Assembly: GCA_009914755.4 (NCBI GenBank)
Contig: CP086569.2
Coordinates: 28,704,001-28,768,000, forward strand
Direction: 5' to 3'
Origin: the human T2T-CHM13v2.0 reference genome, Homo sapiens
Length of the DNA stretch: 64,000 bases
The first letter of the stretch is position 1, and the number at the start of each line of letters is the position of its first letter. This document shows positions 29,852-44,900 of this stretch, piece by piece. The translations under genes and the position numbers were made by a program. The notes beneath the pieces were generated by a model. It had not been told where the DNA came from, did not search any database, and saw only the letters and a program-made list of their open reading frames with translations.

Positions 29852-32150
29852 TTGCATTCCATTCTATTCCCTTCTACTGCATACAATTTCACTCCATTCG
29901 TTCCCATTCCATTCAATTCCATTCCATTCAATTCCATTCCATTTGTTTCCATTCTCTTCGATTCCATTTCTTTATATTCCATGCCATTCGATTCCATTCT
30001 ATTGGATTGCATTACATTCGTGTTCATTCCATTCCAGACCATTCCATTTGACTCCATTCCTTTCGAGCCCTTTCAATTTGAGTCCATTCCTTTCCAGTCC
30101 AGTTCACTCCAGTCCATTACTATCCATTCCATACCATTCCATCCCATTCCATTCCATTCCATTCCATTCCATTCCATTCCATTCCATTGCATTCAATTCC
30201 ATTCCATTCCATTGCACTGCACTCCATTCCATTACATTCTACTCTATCTGAGTCGGTTTTATTGCATTAGATTCTATTCCATTGGATTACTTTCCATTCG
30301 ATTACATTCCATTCATGTACATTCCATTCCAGTCAATTACATTCGAGTTCATTACATTACATTCCAGTATATTCCATTCTATTCGATCCCATTCCTTTCA
30401 ATTCCATTTCATTCGACTCCATTATATTCGATTCCATTCCACTCGAATCCATTCCATTAGAGGACATTCCATTCCAATGCATTCCATTCCATTCCATAAC
30501 ATTCCATTGCATTCGATTCCATTCCATTTGATGCCATTCCATTTGATGCCATTCCATGACATTCCATTCCATTCGAGTCCATTCCGTTCCAATTCATTCC
30601 ATTCCGTTTCATGAAATTCGAGTCCTTTCCAGTACATTTCATTCCAATCCCATCCAATCCAATCTACTCCATTCAATTCCTTTCCATTCCATTTGATTAG
30701 ATTCCATTGATTTGATTCCATTCAGTTTGATTCCATTCCGTGAAATTTCGTTCCATTCTATTCCATTGCATTACTTTCCATTCAATTCCATTCCATTTCA
30801 TTTCAGTCCATTCGCTTCCTTTCCTTTCGATTCAATTCCATTTGATTCCACTCCATTCTATGCGATTTCATTCCAATCGATTCAATTCCATTCGATGACA
30901 TTCCTTTCGTTTCCATTCCATTCGAGTCCATTCAATTTGAGCATTCGTGTCCATTCTATTCGAGTCCATTCCATTTCCGTCTATTCTATTCCCTTCCATT
31001 CCTGTTGATTCAATTTCATTCCCTTCCATTCGATTCCTTTCCATTCGATTCCATTCCTTTCCATTCCATTCCATTCGTTCCCATTCCATGTGATTTCATT
31101 CCATTCCAGTCCATTATATTCGAGTCCACTCCACTCCATTCTATTACATTCAATTCCTTTTGAGTCCGTTCCATAACACTCCATTCATTTCGCTTCCATT
31201 TCTTGCCAGTTTGCTTCCATTTTATTCCATTCCGTTCGATTCCATTCCATTCGATTGCATTCCATTCGAATCCTTTCCATTCCATTTCATTCCATTCCTT
31301 TCTATTCCATTCCATTTCATTCGATTTGATTCCATTCTGTTCTATTCCATTCAATTCTTTTTCATTCCATTCGAATCCTTTCTATTGCAGTCCATTCCGT
31401 TCGAGTCCATTCCAATCCCTTCCATTCCATTCCATTACAGTCCATTCCAATAGATTCCATTCCTTTGCCTTCCATTCGAATCCATTCCATTCTAGTCCAT
31501 TCCATTTGAGTCAATTCCATTCCATTCCATTCTATTCCTTTCCAATCCATTAGATTCCATTCGATTCAATTCCATTTGATTCTCTTTCATTCTATTTTAT
31601 TCCATGCCATTTGATTGCATTGCATTCCATTCCGTTTGATTCCAGTCCATTCAAGAAAGTTCCATTCCAGTCCATTGCTTTCCAGTCCATTCCATTCCAT
31701 TCTAGTCTATTCCACTCCATTCCTTTCCATTCCATTCCATACTATTCCATTCCATTCTTTTGCATTCCGTTTCCAATCTATTCGAGTCCATTGCATTCCA
31801 GTCCAGTCCATTCCATTACATTCCTTTTGATTCCCTGCCAGTCGATTGCATTGCATACTACACCATTCCAAAGGAGTCCATTCCATTCTATCTCAACACT
31901 TTCCATTCCACTCTGTTCGAGTCCATTCCATTCCAGTCCATTTAATTCAAGGGCATTCCATTCCATTCCATTCCATTCCATTCCATTCCATTCCATTTCA
32001 TATTATTCCATTCCATTCAATTCCATTCCAGATGATTCCATTCCATTCTATACCATTGCTCTCTGTTCCCTTCCATTCCATCTGTCTCCATTCCTTTCGT
32101 TTCGATTCCTTTCCATTCCATTCCATTACATTTGATCCTATTTTATTAAA
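28577..32150 (+). repeat. HOR unit U9 (3,574 bp), A-type (GGCC retained)
   Basis: Landmark periodicity. Near-identical to U11 at +7,137 bp. Confidence 0.75.
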
Positions 32151-35100
32151 TTGCATTCTATTCGAGTGATTTCCATTCGAGTCCTTTCCATTCGATTCCA
32201 TTCCATTCTATTCCATTCCTTTGGATTCCATTCCATTCCCTTCCGTTCACATCAATTCCTTGCGATTCCATTACATTCGATTTCTTGCCATTCGATTCCA
32301 TTCCTTTTGACTCCATTTCATTCGATTCCATTCCATTCCATTAATTTCCATTCCATTCGAGACCATTCCATTGCAGTCTTTTCCCTTCGAGTCCATTCCG
32401 TTCGATTCCCTTCCATTCGATTCCATTCCATTGGAGTCCGTACCAGTCGAGTCCATTCTATTCCAGTCCATTAGTTTCGACTCCATTACATTCGAGTGCA
32501 TTCCATTCCGTGGCTGTCCATTCCATTCCGTTTGATGCCATTCCATACGATTCCATTCAATTCGAGACCATTCTATTCCTGTCCATTCCTTGTGCTTCGA
32601 TTCCATTTCACTCTAGTCCATTCCATTCCATTCAATTCCATTCGACTCTATTCCGTTCCATTCAATTCCATTCCATTCGATTCCATTTTTTTCGAGAACC
32701 TTCCATTACACTCCCTTCCATTCCAGTGCATTCCATTCCAGTCTCTTCAGTTCGATTCCATTCCATTCGTTTCGATTCCTTTCCATTCCAGCCCATTCCA
32801 TTCCATTCCATTCCTTTCCTTTCCGTTTCATTAGATTCCATTGCATTCCATTCCATTCAATTCAATTCCGTGCTATTCAATTTGATTCATATCCATTTAA
32901 TTCCATTCCATTAGATTCCATTCCGTACGATTCCATTCCTTTGGAATCCATTCCATTGGAGTCCATTCACTTCCAGAACATTCCATTCCAGTCGAATCCA
33001 TTCGAGTACATTCCATTAAAGTTCATTACATTCTAATACATTCCATTCCATTGCATTCCATTCCATTCCATTCGATGCCATTCGATTCCATTCCATGCCA
33101 AATCATTGCATTCCTTTCCATTCCGTTCCTATCAATTCCATTCCATTCGATTTAGTTCGATTCTATTCACTTCCATTCCATTCGATTCCATTCCATTGGA
33201 GTCAATTCCTTTCGACACCCAGCCTTTCCAGTCAATGATTTTGGAGTCCATTTTTTTGCATTCCATTACATTCTATGACATTCGATTCCGTTTCATTGCA
33301 TTCCATTCCATACATTTTTATTCCATTCGAGACCGTAGCATTCCACTTTATTCCAGACCTGTCCATTACACTACATTCCCTTCCATTCCAATGAATTCCA
33401 TTCCATTCCAATCCATTCCTTTCCTTTCGCTTGCATTCCATTCTATTCCCTTCTACTGCATACAATTTCACTCCATTCGTTCCCATTCCATTCAATTCCA
33501 TTCCATTCAATTCCATTCCATTTGTTTCCATTCTCTTCGATTCCATTTCTTTATATTCCATGCCATTCGATTCCATTCTATTGGATTGCATGACTTTCGT
33601 GTTCATTCCATTCCAGACCATTCCATTTGACTCCATTCCTTTCGAGCCCTTTCAATTTGAGTCCATTCCTTTCCAGTCCATTTCACTCCAGTCCATTACT
33701 ATCCATTCCATACCATTCCATCCCATTCCATTAAATTCCATTCCATTCCATTCCATTCCATTCCATTGCATTCCATTCCATTCCATTCCATTGCACTGCA
33801 CTCCATTCCATTACATTCTACTCTATTTGAGTCGATTTTATTGCATTAGATTCTATTCCATTGGATTACTTTCCATTCGATTACATTCCATTAATGTACA
33901 TTCCATTCCAGTCAATTACATTCGAGTTCATTAGATTACATTCCAGTATATTCCATTCTATTTGATCCCATTCCTTTCAATTCCATTTCATTCGACTCCA
34001 TTATATTCGATTCCATTCCACTCGAATCCATTCCATTAGAGGACATTCCATTCCAATGCATTCCATTCCATTCCATAGCATTCCATTGCATTCGATTCCA
34101 TTCCATTTGATGCCATTCCATTTGATGCCATTCCATGACATTCCATTCCATTCGAGTCCATTCCGTTCCAATTCATTCCATTCCGTTTCATGAAATTCGA
34201 GTCCTTTCCAGTACATTTCATTCCAATCCCATCCAATCCAATCTACTCCATTCAATTCCTTTCCATTCCATTTGATTAGATTCCATTGATTTGATTCCAT
34301 TCAGTTTGATTCCATTCCGTGAAATTTCGTTCCATTCTATTCCATTGCATTACTTTCCATTCAATTCCATTCCATTTCATTTCAGTCCATTCGATTCCTT
34401 TCCTTTCGATTCAATTCCATTTGATTCCACTCCATTCTATGCGATTTCATTCCAATCGATTCAATTCCATTCGATGACATTCCTTTCGTTTCCATTCCAT
34501 TCGAGTCCATTCAATTTGAGTATTCGTGTCCATTCAATTCGAGTCCATTCCATTACCGTCTATTCTATTCCCTTCCATTCCTGTTGATTCAATTTCATTC
34601 CCTTCCATTCGATTCCTTTCCATTCAATTCCATTCCTTTCCATTCCATTCCATTCCTTCCCATTCCATGTGATTTCATTCCATTCCAGTCCATTATATTC
34701 GAGTCCACTCCACTCCATTCTATTACATTCAATTCCTTTTGAGTCCGTTCCATAACACTCCATTCATTTCGATTCCATTTCTTGCCAGTTTTCTTCCATT
34801 TTATTCCATTCCGTTCGATTCCCTTCCATTCGATTGCATTCCATTCGAATCCTTTCCATTCCATTTCATTCCATTCCTTTCTATTCCATTCCATTTCATT
34901 CGATTTGATTCCATTCTGTTCTATTCCATTCAATTCTTTTTCATTCCATTCGAATCCTTTCTATTGCAGTCCATTCCATTCGAGTCCATTCCAATCCCTT
35001 CCATTCCATTCCATTACAGTCCATTCCAATAGATTCCATTCCTTTGCCTTCCATTCGAATCCATTCCATTCTAGTCCATTCCATTTGAGTCAATTCCATT

Positions 35101-36988
35101 CCATTCCATTCTATTCCTTTCCAATCCATTCGATTCCATTCGATTCAATTCCATTTGATTCTCTTTCATTCTATTTTATTCCATGCCATTTGATTGCATT
35201 GCATTCCATTCCGTTTGATTCCAGTCCATTCAAGAAAGTTCCATTCCAGTCCATTGCTTTCCAGTCCATTCCATTCCACTCTAGTCTATTCCACTCCATT
35301 CCTTTCCATTCCATTCCATACTATTCTATTCCATTCCTTTGCATTCCGTTTGCAATCTATTCGAGTCCATTGCATCCAGTCCAATCCATTCGATTACATT
35401 CCTTTTGATTCCCTGCCAGTCGATTGCATTGCATACTAGACCATTCCAAACGAGTCCATTCCATTCTATCTCAAAACTTTCCATTCCACTCTGTTCGAGT
35501 CCATTCCATTCCAGTCCATTTAATTCAAGGGCATTCCATTCCATTCCATTCCATTCCATTTCATATTATTCCATTCCATTCAATTCCATTCCAGATGATT
35601 CCATTCCATTCTATACCATTGCTCTCTGTTCCATTCCATTCCATCTGTCTCCATTCCTTTCGTTTCGATTCCTTTCCATTCCATTCCATTACATTTGATC
35701 CTATTTTATTAAATTGCATTCTATTCGAGTGATTTCCATTCGAGTCCTTTCCATTCGATTCCATTCCATTCTATTCCATTCCTTTGGATTCCATTCCATT
35801 CCGTTCCGTTCACATCAATTCCTTGCGATTCCATTACATTCGATTTCTTGCCATTCGATTCCATTCCTTTTGACTCCATTTCATTCGATTCCATTCCATT
35901 CCATTAATTTCCATTCCATTCGAGACCTTTCCATTGCAGTCTTTTCCCTTCGAGTCCATTCCGTTCGATTCCCTTCCATTCGATTCCATTCCATTGGAGT
36001 CCGTACCAGTCGAGTCCATTCTATTCCAGTCCATTAGTTTCGACTCCATTGCATTCGAGTGCATTCCATTCCGTGGCTGTCCATTCCATTCCGTTTGATG
36101 CCATTCCATACGATTCCATTCAATTCGAGACCATTCTATTCCTGTCCATTCCTTGTGGTTCGATTCCATTTCACTCTAGTCCATTCCATTCCATTCAATT
36201 CCATTCGACTCTATTCCGTTCCATTCAATTCCATTCCATTCGATTCCATTTTTGTCGAGAACCTTCCATTACACTCCCTTCCATTCCAGTGCATTCCATT
36301 CCAGTCTCTTCAGTTCGATTCCATTCCATTCGTTTCGATTCCTTTCCATTCCAGCCCATTCCATTCCATTCCTTTCCTTTCCGTTTCATTAGATTCCATT
36401 GCATTCGATTCCATTCAATTCAATTCCATGCTATTCAATTTGATTCATTTCCATTTAATTCCATTCCATTAGATTCCATTCCGTACGATTCCATTCCTTT
36501 TGAATCCATTCCATTGGAGTCCATTCACTTCCAGAACATTCCATTCCAGTCGAATCCATTCGAGTACATTCCATTAAAGTTCATTAGATTCTAATACGTT
36601 CCATTCCATTGCATTCCATTCCATTCCATTCGATGCCATTCGATTCCATTCCGTGCCAAATCATTGCATTCCTTTCCATTCCGTTCCTATCAATTCCATT
36701 CCATTCGATTTAGTTCGATTCTATTCACTTCCACTCCATTCGATTCCATTCCATTGGAGTCAATTCCTTTCGACACCCAGCCTTTCCAGTCAATGATTTT
36801 GGATTCCATTTTTTTGCATTCCATTACATTCTATGACATTCGATTCCGTTTCATTGCATTCCATTCCATACATTTTTATTCCATTCGAGACCGTAGCATT
36901 CCACTTTATTCCAGGCCTGTCCATTACACTACATTCCCTTCCATTCCAATGAATTCCATTCCATTCCAATCCATTCCTTTCCTTTCGC
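29852..36988 (+). repeat. Dimeric nested HOR, copy 2
   Basis: Offset 7,137-7,138 bp from copy 1 with only a few substitutions. Confidence 0.65.
32151..35713 (+). repeat. HOR unit U10 (3,563 bp), B-type; 2-bp deletion near 35375
   Basis: Landmark periodicity. Reads 'ccattgcatccagtcc' where U8 reads 'ccattgcattccagtcc'. Confidence 0.75.
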
Positions 36989-39232
36989 TTGCATTCCATT
37001 CTATTCCCTTCTACTGCATACAATTTCACTCCATTCGTTCCCATTCCATTCAATTCCATTCCATTCAATTCCATTCCATTTGTTTCCATTCTCTTCGATT
37101 CCATTTCTTTATATTCCATGCCATTCGATTCCATTCTATTGGAATGCGTTACATTCGTGTTCATTCCATTCCAGACCATTCCATTTGACTCCATTCCTTT
37201 CGAGCCCTTTCAATTTGAGTCCATTCCTTTCCAGTCCATTTCACTCCAGTCCATTACTATCCATTGCATACCATTCCATCCCATTCCATTCCATTCCATT
37301 CCATTCCATTCCATTCCATTCCATTGCACTGCACTCCATTCCATTACATTCTACTCTATCTGAGTCGGTTTTATTGCATTAGATTCTATTCCATTGGATT
37401 ACTTTCCATTCGATTACATTCCATTCATGTACATTCCATTCCAGTCAATTACATTCGAGTTCATTACATTACATTCCAGTATATTCCATTCTATTCGATC
37501 CCATTCCTTTCAATTCCATTTCATTCGACTCCATTATATTCGATTCCATTCCACTCAAATCCATTCCATTAGAGGACATTCCATTCCAATGCATTCCATT
37601 CCATTCCATAACATTCCATTGCATTCGATTCCATTCCATTTGATGCCATTCCATGACATTCCATTCCATTCGAGTCCATTCCGTTCCAATTCATTCCATT
37701 CCATTTCATGAAATTCGAGTCCTTTCCAGTACATTTCATTCCAATCCCATCCAATCCAATCTACTCCATTCAATTCCTTTCCATTCCATTTGATTAGATT
37801 CCATTGATTTGATTCCATTCAGTTTGATTCCATTCCGTGAAATTTCGTTCCATTCTATTCCATTGCATTACTTTCCATTCAATTCCATTCCATTTCATTT
37901 CAGTCCATTCGCTTCCTTTCCTTTCGATTCAATTCCATTTGATTCCACTCCATTCTATGCGATTTCATTCCAATCGATTCAATTCCATTCGATGACATTC
38001 CTTTCGTTTCCATTCCATTCGAGTCCATTCAATTTGAGCATTCGTGTCCATTCTATTCGAGTCCATTCCATTTCCGTCTATTCTATTCCCTTCCATTCCT
38101 GTTGATTCAATTTCGTTCCCTTCCATTCGATTCCTTTCCATTCGATTCCATTCCTTTCCATTCCATTCCATTCGTTCCCATTCCATGTGATTTCATTCCA
38201 TTCCAGTCCATTATATTCGAGTCCACTCCACTCCATTCTATTACATTCAATTCCTTTTGAGTCCGTTCCATAACACTCCATTCATTTCGATTCCATTTCT
38301 TGCCAGTTTTCTTCCATTTTATTCCATTCCGTTCGATTCCATTCCATTCGATTGCATTCCATTCGAATCCTTTCCATTCCATTTCATTCCATTCCTTTCT
38401 ATTCCATTCCATTTCATTCGATTTGATTCCATTCTGTTCTATTCCATTCAATTCTTTTTCATTCCATTCGAATCCTTTCTATTGCAGTCCATTCCATTCG
38501 AGTCCATTCCAATCCCTTCCATTCCATTCCATTACAGTCCATTCCAATAGATTCCATTCCTTTGCCTTCCATTCGAATCCATTCCATTCTAGTCCATTCC
38601 ATTTGAGTCAATTCCATTCCATTCCATTCTATTCCTTTCCAATCCATTAGATTCCATTCGATTCAATTCCATTTGATTCTCTTTCATTCTATTTTATTCC
38701 ATGCCATTTGATTGCATTGCATTCCATTCCGTTTGATTCCAGTCCATTCAAGAAAGTTCCATTCCATTCCATTGCTTTCCAGTCCATTCCATTCCATTCT
38801 AGTCTATTCCACTCCATTCCTTTCCATTCCATTCCATACTATTCCATTCCATTCTTTTGCATTCCGTTTCCAATCTATTCGAGTCCATTGCATTCCAGTC
38901 CAGTCCATTCCATTACATTCCTTTTGATTCCCTGCCAGTCGATTGCATTGCATACTACACCATTCCAAACGAGTCCATTCCATTCTATCTCAACACTTTC
39001 CATTCCACTCTGTTCGAGTCCATTCCATTCCAGTCCATTTAATTCAAGGGCATTCCATTCCATTCCATTCCATTCCATTTCATATTATTCCATTCCATTC
39101 AATTCCATTCCAGATGATTCCATTCCATTCTATACCATTGCTCTCTGTTCCCTTCCATTCCATCTGTCTCCATTCCTTTCGTTTCGATTCCTTTCCATTC
39201 CATTCCATTACATTTGATCCTATTTTATTAAA
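35714..39232 (+). repeat. HOR unit U11 (3,519 bp), A-type, shortened pure-pentamer tracts
   Basis: Landmark periodicity. About 45 bp shorter than typical units. Confidence 0.75.
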
Positions 39233-41050
39233 TTGCATTCTATTCGAGTGATTTCCATTCGAGTCCTTTCCATTCGATTCCGTTCCATTCTATTCCATTC
39301 CTTTGGATTCCATTCCATTCCGTTCCGTTCACATCAATTCCTTGCGATTCCATTCCATTCGATTTCTTGCCATTCGATTCCATTCCTTTTGACTCCATTT
39401 CATTCGATTCCATTCCATTCCATTAATTTCCATTCCATTCGAGACCATTCCATTGCAGTCTTTTCCCTTCGAGTCCATTCCGTTCGATTCCCTTCCATTC
39501 GATTCCATTCCATTGGAGTCCGTACCAGTCGAGTCCATTCTATTCCAGTCCATTAGTTTCGACTCCATTACATTCGAGTGCATTCCATTCCGTGGCTGTC
39601 CATTCCATTCCGTTTGATGCCATTCCATACGATTCCATTCAATTCGAGACCATTCTATTCCTGTCCATTCCTTGTGCTTCGATTCCAATTCACTCTAGTC
39701 CATTCCATTCCATTCAATTCCATTCGACTCTATTCCGTTCCATTCAATTCCATTCCATTCGATTCCATTTTTTTCGAGAACCTTCCATTACACTCCCTTC
39801 CATTCCAGTGCATTCCATTCCAGTCTCTTCAGTTCGATTCCATTCCATTCGTTTCGATTCCTTTCCATTCCAGCCCATTCCATTCCATTCCATTCCTTTC
39901 CTTTCCGTTTCATTAGATTCCATTGCATTCCATTCCATTCAATTCAATTCCGTGCTATTCAATTTGATTCATATCCATTTAATTCCATTCCATTAGATTC
40001 CATTCCGTACGATTCCATTCCTTTGGAATCCATTCCAATGGAGTCCATTCACTTCCAGAACATTCCATTCCAGTCGAATCCATTCGAGTACATTCCATTA
40101 AAGTTCATTACATTCTAATACATTCCATTCCATTGCATTCCATTCCATTCCATTCGATGCCATTCGATTCCATTCCATGCCAAATCATTGCATTCCTTTC
40201 CATTCCGTTCCTATCAATTCCATTCCATTCGATTTAGTTCGATTCTATTCACTTCCATTCCATTCGATTCCATTCCATTGGAGTCAATTCCTTTCGACAC
40301 CCAGCCTTTCCAGTCAATGATTTTGGATTCCATTTTTTTGCATTCCATTACATTCTATGACATTCGATTCCGTTTCATTGCATTCCATTCCATACATTTT
40401 TATTCCATTCGAGACCGTAGCATTCCACTTTATTCCAGACCTGTCCATTACACTACATTCCCTTCCATTCCAATGAATTCCATTCCATTCCAATCCATTC
40501 CTTTCCTTTCGCTTGCATTCCATTCTATTCCCTTCTACTGCATACAATTTCACTCCATTCGTTCCCATTCCATTCAATTCCATTCCATTCAATTCCATTC
40601 CATTTGTTTCCATTCTCTTCGATTCCATTTCTTTATATTCCATGCCATTCGATTCCATTCTATTGAATTGCATTACTTTCGTGTTCATTCCATTCCAGAC
40701 CATTCCATTTGACTCCATTCTTTCGAGCCCTTTCAATTTGAGTCCATTCCTTTCCAGTCCATTTCACTCCAGTCCATTACTATCCATTCCATACCATTCC
40801 ATCCCATTCCATTAAATTCCATTCCATTCCATTCCATTCCATTGCATTCCATTCCATTCCATTCCATTGCACTGCACTCCATTCCATTACATTCTACTCT
40901 ATTTGAGTCGATTTTATTGCATTAGATTCTATTCCATTGGATTACTTTCCACTCGATTACATTCCATTCATGTACATTCCATTCCAGTCAATTACATTCG
41001 ACTTTGTTACATTGCACTCCAGTATATTCCATTCTATTCGATCCCATTCC
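36989..41050 (+). repeat. Dimeric nested HOR, copy 3 (more diverged, truncated by the U12 deletion)
   Basis: Shares derived variants with copy 2 (for example 'FFCIPF' and 'SSPVHS' in the 38708 and 31611 peptides) but at roughly 98-99% similarity. Confidence 0.5.
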
Positions 41051-41905
41051 TTTCCATTCCATTTCATTCCATTCCTTCTTATTCCATTCCGTTTCATTCG
41101 ATTTGATTCCATTCTGTTCTATTCCATTCAATTCTTTTTCATTCCATTCGAATCTTTCTATTGCAGTACATTCAATTCGAGTCCATTCCAATCCCTTCCA
41201 TTCCATTCCATTACAGTCCATTCCAATAGATTCTATTCTTTTGCCTTCCATTCGAATCCATTCCATTCTAGTCCATTCCATTTGAGTCAATTCCATTCCA
41301 TTCCATTCTATTCCTTTCCAATCCATTCGATTCCATTCGATTCAATTCCATTTGATTCTCTTTCATTCTATTTTATTCCATGCCATTTGATTGCATTGCA
41401 TTCCATTCCGTTTGATTCCAGTCCATTCAAGAAAGTTCCATTCCAGTCCATTGCTTTCGTGTCCATTCCATTCCACTCTAGTCTATTCCACTGCATTCCT
41501 TTCCATTCCATTCCATACTATTCCATTCCATTCCTTTGCATTCCGTTTGCAATCTATTCGAGTCCATTGCATTCCAGTCCAATCCATTCGATTACATTCC
41601 TTTTGATTCCCTGCCAGTCGATGCATTGCATATTAGACCATTCCAAAGGAGTCCATTCCATTCTATTTCAACACTTTCCATTCCAGTCTGTTCGAGTCCA
41701 TTCCATTCCAGTCCATTTAATTCAAGGGCATTCCATTCCATTCCATTCCATATCATATTATTCCATTCCATTCAATTCCATTCCAGATGATTCCATTCCA
41801 TTCTATACCATTGCTCTCTGTTCCATTCCATTCCATCTGTCTCCATTCCTTTCGTTTCGATTCCTTTCCATTCCATTCCATTACATTTCATCCTATTTTA
41901 TTAAA
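39233..41905 (+). repeat. HOR unit U12 (2,673 bp), B-type with ~0.87-0.89-kb internal deletion (junction ~41046-41075)
   Basis: Unit is about 890 bp short. Sequence colinear with other units up to 'gatcccattcctttc', then resumes at 'cattccatttcattccattcc', which normally lies about 870 bp downstream. Confidence 0.75.
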
Positions 41906-44900
41906 TTGCATTCTATTCGAGTGATTTCCATTCGAGTCCTTTCCATTCGATTCAATTCCATTCTATACCATTCCTTTGGATTCCATTCCATTCCGTTCCG
42001 TTCACATCCATTCCTTGCGATTCCATTACATTCGATTTCTTGCCATTCGATTCCATTCCTTTTGACTCCATTTCATTCGATTCCATTCCATTCCATTAAT
42101 TTCCATTCCATTCGAAACCTTTCCATTGCAGTCTTTTCACTTCGAGTCCATTCCGTTCGATTCCATTTCATTCGATTCCATTCCTTTGGAGTGCGTACCA
42201 GTCGAGTCCATTCTATTCCACTCCATTAGTTTCGACTCCATTGCATTCGAGTGCATTCAATTCCTTGGCTGTCCATTCCATTCCGTTTGATGCCATTCCA
42301 TAGGATTCCATTCAATTCGAGACCATTCTATTCCTGTCCATTCCTTGTGATTCGATTCCATTTCACTCTAGTCCATTCTATTCCATTCAATTCCATTCGA
42401 CTCTATTCCGTTCCATTCAATTAAATTCCATTCGATTCCATTTGTTTCGAGAACCTTCCATTACACTCCCTTCCATTCCAGTGCATTCCATTCCAGTCTC
42501 TTCAGTTCGATTCCATTCCATTCGTTTCGATTCCTTTCCATTCCAGCCCATTCCATTCCATTCCATTCCTTTCCTTTCCGTTTCATTAGATTCCATTGCG
42601 TTCGATTCCATTCAATTCAATTCCGTGCTATTCAGTTTGATTCCTTTCCATTTAATTCCATTCCATTAGATAACATTCCGTTCGATTCCATTCCTTTCGA
42701 ATCCATTCCATTGGAGTCCATTCACTTCCAGAACATTCCATTCCAGTCGAATCCATTCGAGTACATTCCATTAAAGTTCATTACATTCTAATACATTCCA
42801 TTCCATTGCATTCCATTCCATTCCATTCGATGCCATTCGATTCCATTCCATGCCAAATCATTCCATTCCTTTCCATTCCGTTCCGGTCAATTGCATTCCA
42901 TTCAATTTAGTTCGATTCTATTCACTTCCATTCCATTCGATTCCATTCCATTGGAGTCAATTCCTTTCGACACACAGTCTTTCCAGTCAATGACTTTGGA
43001 GTCCATTTTTTTGCATTCCATTACATTCTATGACATTCGATTCCGTTTCATTGCATTCCATTCCATACATTTTTATTCCATTCGAGACCGTAGCATTCCA
43101 GTTTATTCCAGGCCTGTCCATTACACTACATTCCCTTCCATTCCAATGAATTCCATTCCATTCTAATCCATTCCTTTCCTTTCGCTTGCATTCCATTCTA
43201 TTCTCTTCTATTCCATACAATTTCACTCCATTCGTTCCCATTCCATTCAATTCCATTCCATTCAATTCCATTCCATTTCTTTCCATTCTCTTCGATTCCA
43301 TTTCTTTATATTCCATGCCATTCGATTCCATTCCATTGGATTGCATTACATTCGAGTTCATTCCATTCCAGACCATTCCATTTGACTCCATTCCTTTCGA
43401 GCCCTTTCAATTTGAGTCCATTGCTTTCCAGTCCATTTCACTCCAGTCCATTCCTATCCATTCCATACCATTCCATCCCATTCCATTCCATTCCATTCCA
43501 CTCCATTGCATTCCATTCCATTCCATTCCATTGCACTGCATTCCATTCCATTACATTCTATTCCATTTGAGTCGATTTTATTGCATTAGATTCTATTCCA
43601 TTGGATTACTTTCCATTCGATTACATTCCATTCATGTACATTCCATTCCAGTCAATTACATTCGACTTCATTACATTACATGCTAGTATATTCCATTCTA
43701 TTCGATCCCATTCCTTTCAATTCCATTTCATTCGACTCCATTATATTCAATTCCATTCCACTCGAATCCATTCCATTAGAGGACATTTCATTCCAATACA
43801 TTCCATTCCATTCCATAACATTCCATTGCATTCGATTCCATTCCATTTGATGCCATTCCATGACTTTCCATTCCATTCGAGTCCATTGCATTCCAATTCA
43901 TTCCATTCCGTTTCATAAAGTTCGAATCCTTTCCATTCCATTGCATTCCAATCCGTTCCAATCCAATCTATTCCATTCAATTCCTTTCCATTCCATTTGA
44001 TTATATTCCATTGATTTGATTCCATTCAGTTTGATTCCATTCCGTGAAATTTCGTTCCATTCTATTCCATTGCATTACTTTCCATTCAATTCCATTCCAT
44101 TTCATTTCAGTCCATTCGCTTCCTTTCCTTTCGATTCAATTCTATTTGATTCCACTCCATTCTATGACATTTCATTCCAATCGATACAATTCCATTCGAT
44201 GATATTCCTTTCGTTTCCATTCTATTCGAGTCCATTCAATTTGAGCATTCGTGTCCATTCTATTCGAGTCCATTCCATTACAGTCTATTCTATTCCCTTC
44301 CATTCCTGTTGATTCAATTTCATTCCCTTCCATTTGATTCCTTTGCATTCGATTCCATTCCGTTCCATTCCATTCCATTCGTTCCCATTCCATGTGATTC
44401 CATTCCATTCCAGTCCATTATATTCGAGTCCACTCCACTCCATTCTATTACATTCCATTCCTTTTGAGTCCGTTCCATAACACTCCATTCATTTCGATTC
44501 CATTTATTGCCAGTTTGCTTCCATCTTATTCCATTCCGTTCGTTTCCATTCCATTCGATTGCATTCCATTCGATTGCATTCCATTCGAATCCTTTCCATT
44601 CCATTTCATTCCATTCCTTTCTATTCCATTCCATTTCATTCGATTTGATTCCATTCTGTTCTATTCCATTCAATTATTTTTCATTCCATTCGAATCCTTT
44701 CTATTGCAGTCCATTCCATTCGAGTCCATTCCAATCCCTTCCATTCCATTCCATTACAGTCCATTCCAATAGATTCTATTCCTTTGCCTTCCATTCGACT
44801 CCCTTCTATTCTAGTCCATTCCATTTGTGTCAATTCCATTCCATTCCATTCTATTCCTTTCCAATCCATTCGATTCCATTCGACTCAATTCCATTCGATT

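Noticed and set aside
35194-35450. Apparent rearrangement producing fused ORFs 34782-35408 and 35339-35698
   Set aside because: A simple 2-bp deletion ('gcatccagtcc' versus 'gcattccagtcc' near 35375) merges reading frames. There is no structural rearrangement.
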